Below, piece by piece: positions 17,278 through 26,572 of a stretch of DNA of 64,000 bases. Position 1 is the stretch's first letter. Every line of letters begins with the position of its first letter. Source of the DNA: Patescibacteria group bacterium (GTDB taxonomy: Bacteria > Patescibacteriota > Minisyncoccia > Phycocordibacterales > Phycocordibacteraceae); NCBI GenBank assembly GCA_040390125.1, contig JAZJYZ010000001.1:70428-134427 (forward strand), given 5' to 3'. Below the pieces are notes generated by a model. It ran no database searches. It saw nothing but the letters and a program-made list of their open reading frames with translations, and had not been told where the DNA came from. The position numbers and the translations under genes were made by a program.

Positions 17278-17781
17278 TTACCTGTCTCTTGTCAAAGATT
17301 CTGATGCTTTAAAAAGAATAATGCCTGCCGCCACAGAAACATTGAGTGACTCCTTCTTTCCTCGCATAGGAATTTCCACGATCTCATCGCACACACGAAG
17401 TAAGGCGGATGACACACCCAAGACTTCATTTCCCAAAATCAATGCGGTTGGAAATTTTGGCTGCCACTTTGTATAAGAAACAGCACTCCGTGCTTGCTCG
17501 ACTGCAACCACTCTCACGCCTTCTTTCTTTAGTCGTTTTATGAGTGCTGATGCACTTTTGCACGACTCCCATGCAATCACCTGTTCAGCACCAAGCGCCG
17601 TCTTTGCTATCTTGCCGTCAGCTCTTCCAAAACGATCCAACGGTGCGGGTGTGTAGCCAGTTAAATATATCTTCCCTACCCCAACTGCATCTGCAGTGCG
17701 AAAAACAGAGCCTACGTTTTGAGCACTCCTAATATTGTGGAGAATAACGGAAAGAGTTGGAGAGCTTGAGTTCACAGACAT
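17278..17781 (-). CDS. TrmH/SpoU family RNA methyltransferase
   Basis: NIRSAQNVGSVFRTAD, LGNEVLGV, IPMRG, SLNVSVA. Confidence 0.93.
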   Translation of the reverse strand: MSVNSSSPTLSVILHNIRSAQNVGSVFRTADAVGVGKIYLTGYTPAPLDRFGRADGKIAKTALGAEQVIAWESCKSASALIKRLKKEGVRVVAVEQARSAVSYTKWQPKFPTALILGNEVLGVSSALLRVCDEIVEIPMRGKKESLNVSVAAGIILFKASESLTRDR

Positions 17782-17828
17782 ACCGTAGCATTTTGAAGCT
17801 TATCGCTCCATGTGCTACCATTTTGCGA

Positions 17829-18176
17829 ATGGAAAGCTTATTCCCCTCACTCTTTACGTTTACTTTTTTTGCACCACTCATTCTACGAATTGCGATTGCA
17901 TTTGTATTCTTCGAAGCAGCTCGTGGCACTTGGAAGCAACAGAAGTCAGGCAAGGTGGCATCTTTCACCTCCGGCATCCTAGGCATTGCGCTTATGCTTG
18001 GTGCGTTTACCCAGCTCGCTGCAATATTAGGAATTGCAAAAATTATTCTTCTCACTTCTCAGAGACGAGTTCCTTCTATCTTTCATCGTAGAGCATTTGC
18101 ACTTCTCGTTATTGCCATACTACTCTCGCTCATTTTGACCGGCCCTGGAGCAATAGCGATTGATTTGCCGTATTAG
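17829..18176 (+). CDS. DoxX-like membrane protein
   Basis: APLILRI, GAFTQLAA, TGPGAIAIDLP; start placed at ATG 17829. Confidence 0.7.
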   Translation: MESLFPSLFTFTFFAPLILRIAIAFVFFEAARGTWKQQKSGKVASFTSGILGIALMLGAFTQLAAILGIAKIILLTSQRRVPSIFHRRAFALLVIAILLSLILTGPGAIAIDLPY

Positions 18177-18243
18177 GACTCTCACGCTCGACTTTTGAAG
18201 AGTGAATTGCTTTTTCTATTTTAAGGATTATTCTTGACCGGGT

Positions 18244-18420
18244 ATGGGACCTGGACATAAAGAAAAATCTGGACCTTCGGGCGACAGTCCGGCCACTGAA
18301 GAATTCCCGACTAAAATTCCTGGTGAGGGCCCTGGCCATGAAAATATTGATTGGAATCTACGTGCGGCGCTGCGGGCGCAAGAAAGGTTTGAGGAAGAGG
18401 GTGAGTTTGATGACGATTAA
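18244..18420 (+). CDS. 58-aa small ORF with acidic tail (not in the ORF track)
   Basis: MGPGHKEKSGPSGDSPATEEFPTKIPGEGPGHENIDWNLRAALRAQERFEEEGEFDDD*. Confidence 0.45.
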   Translation: MGPGHKEKSGPSGDSPATEEFPTKIPGEGPGHENIDWNLRAALRAQERFEEEGEFDDD

Positions 18421-18425
18421 CCATA

Positions 18426-18600
18426 CCGGGGCTCGGCTACAACTCTCGGCTCACCCATGTTCACCTCGGTCGCAGCCCCAGCTCACGGTTTTTTGAAACC
18501 AAAAAACATCGTTCCGCTTTTCGAGCCCAGGACGCATGCAAACTATTGCATGCTCGGTCGCACAGCAAAAACAGCACTTTCGTGCTGTTTTTAAAAGCTG
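18426..18600 (-). repeat. tRNA 3'-trailer element of tRNA-Lys
   Basis: + strand TTCGAGCCCAGG (18520-18531) [23-nt insert] CGGTCGCACAGC (18555-18566), then an 11-bp hairpin. Confidence 0.8.
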
Positions 18601-18673
<73 letters not shown>

Positions 18674-18893
18674 AAGCGAGAAGGAAAGTGTCTGCGGAGC
18701 AGTGTTTTTGCGAGGAAGAGGCAAAGGAAAGTCTTGCTTTCATTTTGACTCGACGAAACAAAAACAAGAGCGTCAGCGAACTTTCTTCGAGTGACCCGCC
18801 CGAAAGGTTCCCTTACGGGCGGGTGTTTCTTCTCCTAGTGTCCACCCGAAAGCAAAGCTTTGGGGCGAATTCGTGGATTATGCTCTAAAAATC

Positions 18894-19586
18894 TTATTTT
18901 TTCAACAAGAACGCCTCGAGTAAGTCCCCCAAATTCCCCCCACCCATACGAGACCGGTGCACTATTGCGACAAGCTCTCGAGAGATTTCTTCACATCCCG
19001 CCTCCCCTAAACGGGCTCCCGCTTTTTTTGCTTTTGAATATACAAATGGTTTTAGCCCTGCCTCTTCTGCTGTTTTTGATTTAGACGCAACAACCATCGC
19101 ACGTGCCTGCCACATCAAAATTCCGTGAATTTCTTCAGGTTGAGATCCTGCCTCAATAAGCCTACGGTACGTTATCCAAGAGCCTTTCCTGTCACCTGTC
19201 GCAAACGAATCGGTTAATGCAAATGCACTCAGTGGTGGTGCTTCATTTTTTTCTTTTACATCAAAGTGTTCTATCTCTGCACTCTTGGGGATTGCCTTAA
19301 GAATGAGGGCTGAAAGTGCAAGTTCAACAACAATAACAAGAGCATCTCCTTCTGCTAAATCTTTTCCATGCTCAGTGAGTAACACTTTCCCATCTGCATC
19401 CTCGAGAGGCCTGTCTAGAAGAAGGGTCGTTTTTGGAACAAAGAGACCTCTAGCACTCAAGTATCCAAGCGCATTGAAAAACGGTTCGCCTCCTTCACCA
19501 AACCGCACAACCTCGGAGCCTTCTGCAAGCTTCGCTGCTCGCACTTTTGCTTTTGGTATGTCAGAACCTATAAGTAAATAAAGCAT
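18894..19586 (-). CDS. holA: DNA polymerase III delta subunit (HolA)-like, short
   Basis: MLYLLIG start, GLF motif, FALTDS, LMWQAR, GLKPFVYSK. Confidence 0.75.
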   Translation of the reverse strand: MLYLLIGSDIPKAKVRAAKLAEGSEVVRFGEGGEPFFNALGYLSARGLFVPKTTLLLDRPLEDADGKVLLTEHGKDLAEGDALVIVVELALSALILKAIPKSAEIEHFDVKEKNEAPPLSAFALTDSFATGDRKGSWITYRRLIEAGSQPEEIHGILMWQARAMVVASKSKTAEEAGLKPFVYSKAKKAGARLGEAGCEEISRELVAIVHRSRMGGGNLGDLLEAFLLKK

Positions 19587-19611
19587 GATGATGTTCCCTA
19601 AACGCTAAACC

Positions 19612-22077
19612 CTATTCACTAAATGTTCCCTCCGGAACCGACGAGGCGTCGCCTAGTTTAGACATTTCCCCCCAATTAGCTCCGACGGAAGAAGAGGAAA
19701 GAATGGGAACGCCTTTTGTTTTCTCAGGCGGGACTATTCCCTGCATATGCTCAAGGATTTTTGGGGCAAGCTCTTTTACTTTTTCTTTTCGTATTTCGAA
19801 AATAAGCTCATCGTGCACCTGGAGAATGAGGTGGGCATCTCCTTTGTATTCTCTCTGCAAAAGAGCATCGATTTCAATCATGGCGAGCTTGATGATGTCA
19901 GCTTGGGTGCCCTGCATCGGTGCGTTCAGTGCCTGTCGCTCTGCCTCGGCGCGCACGAAGGGCAATTTTGAACGAAGCCCCAGGAAAAAACGTTTCCTGC
20001 CGAAAAGTGTTTTCGTATAGCCGAGCCTGGACGCATCCGCTTTCACTGAAGTTAGATACTCTGCAAGACCTGCAAAGTTTGCAAAGTAGTCAGTGAGGTA
20101 TGCCTGTGCTTCGCTACGCTCAACTTTTTGTGCTCCAGTATCGAGGTTCATCTTGAGCGCATTGACTCCCATGCCATAGAGAATGCCGAAGTTAATAACC
20201 TTTGCCCTGCGACGCATCTCCGCATCAACTTCCTCGGGTGGAACTTTAAAAACGGCGGCGGCGACCGCACGGTGTACGTCCTCTCCACGCTTAAAAATAT
20301 CAATGAGCTTTTCATCACCCGAGAGAAATGCTGCAATGCGCAATTCTATTTGCGAATAGTCGAATGCTGCGAGCACAAAGCCTGGAGTAGCAACAAACGC
20401 ATTGCGGATACGTCGGCCAAGTTCGGTCTTAACAGGAATATTTTGCAAACCCGGGTCCTTTGAAGCCATGCGACCAGTTGCAGCGCCGGTCTGAATAAAC
20501 GTCGTGTGCAGACGACTTTCCTCGTCCAAGAGAGGCGGAATGGCGTCAATGTAGGTACCTAACAGCTTGGAGAGACTGCGATACGCAAGAATGTCATCGA
20601 TAATAGGATGTGCGTCTTTTAATTTTACTAGCTCGGATTCTTTAGTTGAGAGTTGGCCAGTTGCTGTCTTTTTTTGGCGTTTACCCTCTATGCCAATGCC
20701 AAGTTTAGTAAAAAGAATATCCCCTAGTTGCTTTGGTGAACTTATATTAAATTCTGTCCCCGCATGGGCATGTATTTTTTTCTCGAGCTTCGCAAGTTCT
20801 TTTGTATATTGATGCGATAGGTCTTTTAAATACGGCGCATCAATCAATACGCCACGTTTATTCATAGCCTCAACGACAGGAATGAGTGGTTTTTCAATGT
20901 TTTCAAAAACCCATGTTAATTCTTCCTTTTCCACCAGGATTTTGAGCTTCGCATGTGCCTCAGCAATACTGGCTGATTTTGTGTTCGCAAGCACGTCGTC
21001 GAGCGTCGGATTCGTAATCTCTGACTGGGTGAGCCAAAGCATGACTGCAGATTCAGCGAGAAGCGCTGAATCTGCAGAGTTTAGAGTACTGAGTCCAGAG
21101 TTCTGAGTTTCAGTAGTAACTTTGGACTCTGGACTCAGTACTCTCGACTCAGAACTGCCCGCCAAAGCACTCATTCTCGGCACAAGAGAACGGAACCCCA
21201 GATCGGTAAAAAGAGCCGTAGCGTTTGCAACATCAAGAGTGTCTCTAAATGTCTTTTCAGGTTCTTTAAAAACAATTGGTGCGTCGGTGCGTATCGTTGC
21301 CAAAACCTTTGAAAATTCAGCTTCATCTTCGTGCTCCCGAAGTAAATTTACGTTCCTCTCTGAAAACCCCGCCTCTTTCCACCTGTCCGTCGTCCACTGC
21401 GCACTGTGCACTGCTTTATATACCCCTTCCATTGAGTCAAATGCCTGCAAAAGCTTGGTTGCAGTTTTCTCACCAATACCAGGAATTCCTATGATGTTGT
21501 CAGATGGATCACCTGCAAATCCTTTGTAATCAGGAATGCGAACAGGTAGAAACCCGTATCTCGCAAGCACTGCTTTCTCATCGTAGAGAATAGTATCTTG
21601 AATACCTTTGCGAAGCGTAAATACTCGAACTTTTTCATCGTCAACCAACTGCAATGTATCCATGTCGCCGGACGCAATGATGACATTAAAGTTTTTTTTC
21701 GCACTCGTGGCTATCGTGCCAATAATATCGTCGGCTTCAAAGCCTGGCATTTCATAGATAGGAATACTGAACGCCGACAAAATGTCCCTTGAGCGATTAA
21801 TTTGCGTTATGAGAGAATCATCGATTTGTGGACGTTTCGCTTTGTACTCTTTATATACCTCGTGACGATGCGTTGGCCCTGGCAGGTCATACGCGGCAAC
21901 TACGTGGTCGGGCTTTAAATCCTTGATGATTTTTATGAGCATCGCTGCAAGTCCGTACACAGCATTCACTGGCTCCCCTGACGGCGAGTACATCTCCGGT
22001 AGTGCATGGTAGGCGCGATGGATAATCGCATGGGTATCAAGGAGGATGAGCGTCTCTTTTGCTTTTTTTGCACTCAT
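19612..22077 (-). CDS. polA: DNA polymerase I (5'-3' exonuclease and polymerase; 3'-5' exonuclease region largely absent)
   Basis: EADDII, GDPSDNI, DYSQIELR, RRAKVINFGILYG, QVHDE. Confidence 0.97.
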   Translation of the reverse strand: MSAKKAKETLILLDTHAIIHRAYHALPEMYSPSGEPVNAVYGLAAMLIKIIKDLKPDHVVAAYDLPGPTHRHEVYKEYKAKRPQIDDSLITQINRSRDILSAFSIPIYEMPGFEADDIIGTIATSAKKNFNVIIASGDMDTLQLVDDEKVRVFTLRKGIQDTILYDEKAVLARYGFLPVRIPDYKGFAGDPSDNIIGIPGIGEKTATKLLQAFDSMEGVYKAVHSAQWTTDRWKEAGFSERNVNLLREHEDEAEFSKVLATIRTDAPIVFKEPEKTFRDTLDVANATALFTDLGFRSLVPRMSALAGSSESRVLSPESKVTTETQNSGLSTLNSADSALLAESAVMLWLTQSEITNPTLDDVLANTKSASIAEAHAKLKILVEKEELTWVFENIEKPLIPVVEAMNKRGVLIDAPYLKDLSHQYTKELAKLEKKIHAHAGTEFNISSPKQLGDILFTKLGIGIEGKRQKKTATGQLSTKESELVKLKDAHPIIDDILAYRSLSKLLGTYIDAIPPLLDEESRLHTTFIQTGAATGRMASKDPGLQNIPVKTELGRRIRNAFVATPGFVLAAFDYSQIELRIAAFLSGDEKLIDIFKRGEDVHRAVAAAVFKVPPEEVDAEMRRRAKVINFGILYGMGVNALKMNLDTGAQKVERSEAQAYLTDYFANFAGLAEYLTSVKADASRLGYTKTLFGRKRFFLGLRSKLPFVRAEAERQALNAPMQGTQADIIKLAMIEIDALLQREYKGDAHLILQVHDELIFEIRKEKVKELAPKILEHMQGIVPPEKTKGVPILSSSSVGANWGEMSKLGDASSVPEGTFSE

Positions 22078-22511
22078 ACGATCCTCTCTCTAAGCTCCCG
22101 TTCGTTTTCAGATAAGACTTCGAAATCAAGACAATGAAGCCCTGGTTGCATCCCACCGGGCACCCGCTCAGGCCACTCTACAAGAATGAGATTCTCGGGC
22201 TCTCCTATGTACTCTTTCCATCCGACAGTGTCGGTGTCGGCACTCTCTAGACGATACGCATCAACGTGTACTAATTTCTTGAAGGGAGGATGTGGAATGG
22301 GCATAGGATATACCTGAACAATTGGGAATGTCGGGCTCGTTACTGCAGATTCAATACCTAGTGCCTTAGCCACTTCTTTGGTAAAAGCAGTCTTCCCCGC
22401 ACCAAGCTCCCCACATAAGCCCACAATGTACGCCCCCTGCCTATGGTGTTTCGGCAAACCCTCCACAAACTTTCTGGCATATTCTGGCAGTTCTTCCAAC
22501 GTCACTTTCAT
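22074..22511 (-). CDS. tsaE: t6A biosynthesis ATPase TsaE
   Basis: GELGAGKT, VTSPTF, HVDAYRL, VEW. Confidence 0.95.
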   Translation of the reverse strand: MKVTLEELPEYARKFVEGLPKHHRQGAYIVGLCGELGAGKTAFTKEVAKALGIESAVTSPTFPIVQVYPMPIPHPPFKKLVHVDAYRLESADTDTVGWKEYIGEPENLILVEWPERVPGGMQPGLHCLDFEVLSENERELRERIV

Positions 22512-22552
22512 ATCTCTTATAATCAGTATAATGCCGTTTCTTGGATGTTCCC

Positions 22553-22587
22553 AAGCTAAAAGCTAGAAGCTAGAAGCTAGAAGCTAC
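22553..22587. repeat. 7-nt tandem array (AAGCTAG)5
   Basis: AAGCTAA AAGCTAG AAGCTAG AAGCTAG AAGCTAC. Confidence 0.85.
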
Positions 22588-22608
22588 CTTTAAGGTACTA
22601 TTCTCTCT

Positions 22609-24282
22609 ATGGTACAAACCGACGACACTGACAACCGCCTCCGAGAGCTACAGCTCAGGGAAGAAGAAGAGCTCACACTTATGCTTTCGCATAGGTATAA
22701 GGTTCGCTATCTGGATTTGACTCGGGTCTCCATTAACACTGATGCACTTCGTCTTATTCTGGAACCTACCGCTCGGGACGCTGAAGTTGCAGCGTTCGAC
22801 ATCGTTGGTAAAAAACTTACACTCGCTGTACGCTCTCCTCAACATCCGAAGCTTCCACTACTCTTAGAAGATTTAAAAAAACTTGGATACGAAATCGAAG
22901 AGGTAATGGTGTCACGTGTATCTTTGGAGCGTGCATGGGAACACTATAAAGATCTTTCTTTCGCAGTAGAGTCAAAGCAAGGTGTGCTGGATGTTTCACC
23001 GGAGGAGTTAAAAAAGGTAATCGGGACAATACATACCATAGAAGACATACAGAAAGCTGTTGCAAGCGTGACTGAGATGAAGCGTGCGTATCGTGTATCA
23101 AAAATACTTGAAGTAGTTCTTGCTGGAGCATTTGCGGTTGAAGCCTCCGACATTCACATTGAGCCGGAACAAACTCAAGTACGCCTGAGGTATCGCCTTG
23201 ATGGTGTCTTGCACGACGTTATCAATTTCGACACAGATACATCAAATCTTCTATTGTCCCGACTAAAGCTACTCTCGGGGTTGAAGTTGAACCTTAAGAG
23301 TCGCCCACAAGACGGACGATTTAGTCTTGCAATGGAAGGCAAAGAGATAGAAATTCGCACTTCTGTGATTCCCGGTGCGTACGGAGAAACAGTGGTGATG
23401 CGTCTTTTGAACCCTGACACTATTTCCGTACCATTTGAGGCTCTCGGCATGGAACCGAAACTACGAGCGCTCGTTGAGCGTGAAATCGGTAATCCAAACG
23501 GCATGCTCTTAAACACGGGGCCAACAGGTAGTGGAAAAACAACCACGTTGTATGCGTGCATGAAAAAAATAAATTCTTCTGAAATCAAAATAATTACCAT
23601 TGAAGACCCTGTTGAATATCACGTCGACGGCCTCGTGCAAACCCAAGTGGATGAAAAAAATTACACATTCCTCCAAGGGCTACGTTCCGCCTTGCGACAA
23701 GATCCCGATGTCATCATGATTGGAGAAATTCGTGACGAGGAAGTTGCGAAAACTGCAATTGATGCTGCACTCACCGGTCACTTCGTATTCTCAACATTGC
23801 ACACAAACGATGCCGCCGGCTCATTCCCTCGCCTTGTTGATCTTGGAGTGGATGCAAAAGTGTTTGGCTCTGCAATCAACGTGGCAATGGCACAAAGATT
23901 GGTGCGAGTTTTGTGCAAGCAATGCAAGAAACAAGTTCCACTTGAAGGTAAAGATAAGGAGCACGTTGATACGGTGCTTGCGGGTCTGCGGGATAAAAGC
24001 ATCATTCCAGCTGACATCTCAAAGGTATTTGCACCAGTGGGGTGTCCTGCCTGCAACAATACTGGGTTCAAGGGTCGTATCGGTGTATTTGAAGCGGTAG
24101 TAATTGATACTGAGATGGACACACTGCTTCGCACATCCCCTTCCGAACACGACATACAGAAGCTTCAACGCACAAAAGAAATACTCACGATGGTTGAAGA
24201 CGGCATTATGAAAGTTTTGACTGGCGTCACTTCTCTCGACGAACTCAACCGAGTGGTCTTAATTGAGGAAACCCTGAAATAA
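22609..24282 (+). CDS. GspE/PilB family pilus assembly ATPase
   Basis: ASDIHIEP, PQDGR, GPTGSGKTT, EDPVE, LRQDPD, TLHTN, Zn motif. Confidence 0.93.
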   Translation: MVQTDDTDNRLRELQLREEEELTLMLSHRYKVRYLDLTRVSINTDALRLILEPTARDAEVAAFDIVGKKLTLAVRSPQHPKLPLLLEDLKKLGYEIEEVMVSRVSLERAWEHYKDLSFAVESKQGVLDVSPEELKKVIGTIHTIEDIQKAVASVTEMKRAYRVSKILEVVLAGAFAVEASDIHIEPEQTQVRLRYRLDGVLHDVINFDTDTSNLLLSRLKLLSGLKLNLKSRPQDGRFSLAMEGKEIEIRTSVIPGAYGETVVMRLLNPDTISVPFEALGMEPKLRALVEREIGNPNGMLLNTGPTGSGKTTTLYACMKKINSSEIKIITIEDPVEYHVDGLVQTQVDEKNYTFLQGLRSALRQDPDVIMIGEIRDEEVAKTAIDAALTGHFVFSTLHTNDAAGSFPRLVDLGVDAKVFGSAINVAMAQRLVRVLCKQCKKQVPLEGKDKEHVDTVLAGLRDKSIIPADISKVFAPVGCPACNNTGFKGRIGVFEAVVIDTEMDTLLRTSPSEHDIQKLQRTKEILTMVEDGIMKVLTGVTSLDELNRVVLIEETLK

Positions 24283-24416
24283 AAAAACCGCACCCCTCTA
24301 AACAACGCTTTGCAGTGAAGGTGGAACAAGTGATGAGGAGGTCGCCAGAGTGTAGGCCGAAACCTAGAACCAGCGAATCCTTACAATGATGCCACGGCGT
24401 TGCTTAGATGGGCACG
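24281..24416 (-). ncRNA. Candidate structured ncRNA (6S-like rod)
   Basis: On the minus strand, a terminal stem of about 20 bp with G-U pairs, an apical stem, and a 3' U-tract. Confidence 0.4.
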
Positions 24417-24477
24417 ATTTCTGTACAAGAAAACCCCTTTCGGGGCTATAATACAATGCTAGCATAGGCTTTTAGAT

Positions 24478-25509
24478 ATGTCAAGGGCACAACCATTACG
24501 GAACGATTCAGAAGACGACGCACCCAAAGAGGCCGGCGAGCGTGTTTTAGATCAGACACTTCGCCCGGAAGCATGGGAAGAATATGTCGGACAGGAAAAT
24601 GTAAAAGAAAATCTACGTGTGCTCATAGCAGCAGCAAGAGAAAGAAACCACGCCCCCGAACACACACTCCTTTATGGTCCTCCTGGTCTTGGAAAAACTA
24701 CACTTGCACATTTGATGGCAAAAGAGCTCGGTGCAAACATGCGTGCAACGGCAGGTCCCGTTATAGAGCGTGTGGGTGATCTTGCTGCGATTCTTACAAA
24801 CCTCGAGCCAGGTGATGTGCTTTTTATCGACGAGATACATAGACTCAACAAAACTATTGAGGAAGTTTTGTATCCTGCAATGGAAGCAGGTAAGCTCGAC
24901 ATTATTATCGGCAAAGGCCCCTCAGCTCGCACCATAGAGCTCGCCCTCCCCTCTTTCACGCTCGTAGGCGCAACAACAAGAATTGGACTCATCTCGGCAC
25001 CACTGCGCTCACGCTTCTCAGGCGGAGTATTCCAACTTGATTTTTATTCTGAAAAAGAAATCGAGAGAATCCTTGCCCGCTCTGCACAAATTCTAGGAAT
25101 TGAAGCTGACGCAGATGCACTTCAGGAAATTGCAAAACGTTCACGTAAAACACCACGCACCGCAAACTATCTTTTAAAAAGAAGCCGTGATGTTGCACAG
25201 CTTGATAGAACGGCACTCTCAAAAGTAGCAGCAGAAAAAGCGCTCGCCATGATTGGTATTGATACTGCCGGCCTCACCCCTTCCGACAGGCGAATCCTTG
25301 AAGCCCTTATAACGAAATTCGGCGGAGGGCCCGTGGGCGTAAAGACACTCGCAGCGGCAGCAGCTGAGGACGAGCAAACAATCGAGGATGTGTATGAGCC
25401 GTACTTAATGCAAGAGGGATTCTTGGAACGCACACCTCGTGGGCGTATTGTTACTGCTAGAGCTCGAGAGCATTTAGGGAAAGGAGGTGCGCAAAAAAAA
25501 CTTATATGA
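24478..25509 (+). CDS. ruvB: Holliday junction DNA helicase RuvB
   Basis: [33 protein letters not shown]. Confidence 0.97.
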   Translation: MSRAQPLRNDSEDDAPKEAGERVLDQTLRPEAWEEYVGQENVKENLRVLIAAARERNHAPEHTLLYGPPGLGKTTLAHLMAKELGANMRATAGPVIERVGDLAAILTNLEPGDVLFIDEIHRLNKTIEEVLYPAMEAGKLDIIIGKGPSARTIELALPSFTLVGATTRIGLISAPLRSRFSGGVFQLDFYSEKEIERILARSAQILGIEADADALQEIAKRSRKTPRTANYLLKRSRDVAQLDRTALSKVAAEKALAMIGIDTAGLTPSDRRILEALITKFGGGPVGVKTLAAAAAEDEQTIEDVYEPYLMQEGFLERTPRGRIVTARAREHLGKGGAQKKLI

Positions 25510-25838
25510 GTTTACTTTCAGACAAATTAAAGGCTTGGGTAAAAAATCAGGAGGCAATTATTTGGCAAGCCCAGAAGAAAGAGCGTGGTGATGCATCACA
25601 CCTACTTGCCTACACAGTAAAACTTGGGGAAGAAGTTGGAGAACTTGCAGAACAGGTATTGGCTCGGTTTGGGTATCAAAGAAAGTCAAAAGTGCTTGCA
25701 CAAGGAGACGATGAACTTGCTGACGAATGTGCCGATGTCATTATCGTGTCACTCTTTCTCGCAGAAGCTGCGGGTATTGATGTAGAAAAAGCGCTGGAGA
25801 GAAAAATGGAGAAGCTAGAAAAACGGAACCGTGAATAA
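25506..25838 (+). CDS. MazG-like nucleotide pyrophosphohydrolase
   Basis: [11 protein letters not shown]...LADECADV. Confidence 0.85.
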   Translation: MSLLSDKLKAWVKNQEAIIWQAQKKERGDASHLLAYTVKLGEEVGELAEQVLARFGYQRKSKVLAQGDDELADECADVIIVSLFLAEAAGIDVEKALERKMEKLEKRNRE

Positions 25839-26033
25839 TCAATCGTCTTCCTTTATCCAGCCCAAAGCGTTTGCTACATCTCTCGGCACTATTCCAGAAC
25901 CGTTACAGGTGGAGCAACTCTCCTCTTTCATACCAGAGCGTCTTCCATAGAAGCCCGGGCGCACTTTGCTGCAACCCTCCGCCATGCAACGTAACGCTCT
26001 ATTTTCAAAACGTAAGTGAGGCTCTCCAAGCAT
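25839..26033 (-). CDS. Small Cys-rich protein (CxxCxGxG)
   Basis: RCMAEGC...CSTCNGSG. Confidence 0.55.
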   Translation of the reverse strand: MLGEPHLRFENRALRCMAEGCSKVRPGFYGRRSGMKEESCSTCNGSGIVPRDVANALGWIKEDD

Positions 26034-26150
26034 CTGAAGAAGATATCATTTTTAGGCTGACTAACTTGAGTTTTTTAGAAAAACTATTGTTTTTATCAAC
26101 CTTTGTTACATTCATAACAAAACCTCTCTACTATTTGAGATAAATCTCTG

Positions 26151-26276
26151 TCATTGATCAGGATTCGGTTGACGTCCTGTTCCGCCACACCAAACACAGT
26201 CCCCTCCTTTGCCGCCACACATCCAGCATTGTTCCTCCGGGAGAATGTGCGAGCGTCTTTCGTTATTCAAGAACAT
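26151..26276 (-). CDS. 41-aa protein with two DnaJ-type CxxCGGxG motifs (not in the ORF track)
   Basis: MFLNNERRSHILPEEQCWMCGGKGGDCVWCGGTGRQPNPDQ*. Confidence 0.6.
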   Translation of the reverse strand: MFLNNERRSHILPEEQCWMCGGKGGDCVWCGGTGRQPNPDQ

Positions 26277-26457
26277 AAATATTTGTCCCCTCTATATTCC
26301 TGTAATGTCGACCTGTTACTTCCTGCTCAGGCTGTATTGAAGTAGGCCGTGTCTCCGACGTGTACGTCAGAGAACGTGGCCGCCCCCCTAATCGCCCGGC
26401 ATTGCTAATGAGAACATCGAGAATGGACGGTTGTTCTGATGGGTGTTCGTAGTTCAT
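26263..26457 (-). CDS. Hypothetical small protein
   Basis: 64-aa ORF overlapping the next small ORF by 14 nt. Confidence 0.4.
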   Translation of the reverse strand: MNYEHPSEQPSILDVLISNAGRLGGRPRSLTYTSETRPTSIQPEQEVTGRHYRNIEGTNIYVLE

Positions 26458-26572
26458 ATTGTTTTTTTATTTATTACCACTACTAATATTTAAAGTGTGC
26501 CGGCATGAAGGAATAAAGTTAATTTCTTTGCGAAGGTTATTGATTTTTAACAAATTATGTTACATTTAAAAC

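Noticed and set aside
24325-24370. Hammerhead ribozyme (TGATGA...GAAAC)
   Set aside because: Core lacks the C of CUGAUGA and I could not build the flanking stems; the opposite strand folds better
26087-26566. Similar TTG...TGTTACATT motifs at about 26087 and 26540
   Set aside because: AT-rich and explainable as sigma70-like promoter sequence; too weak to call an operator
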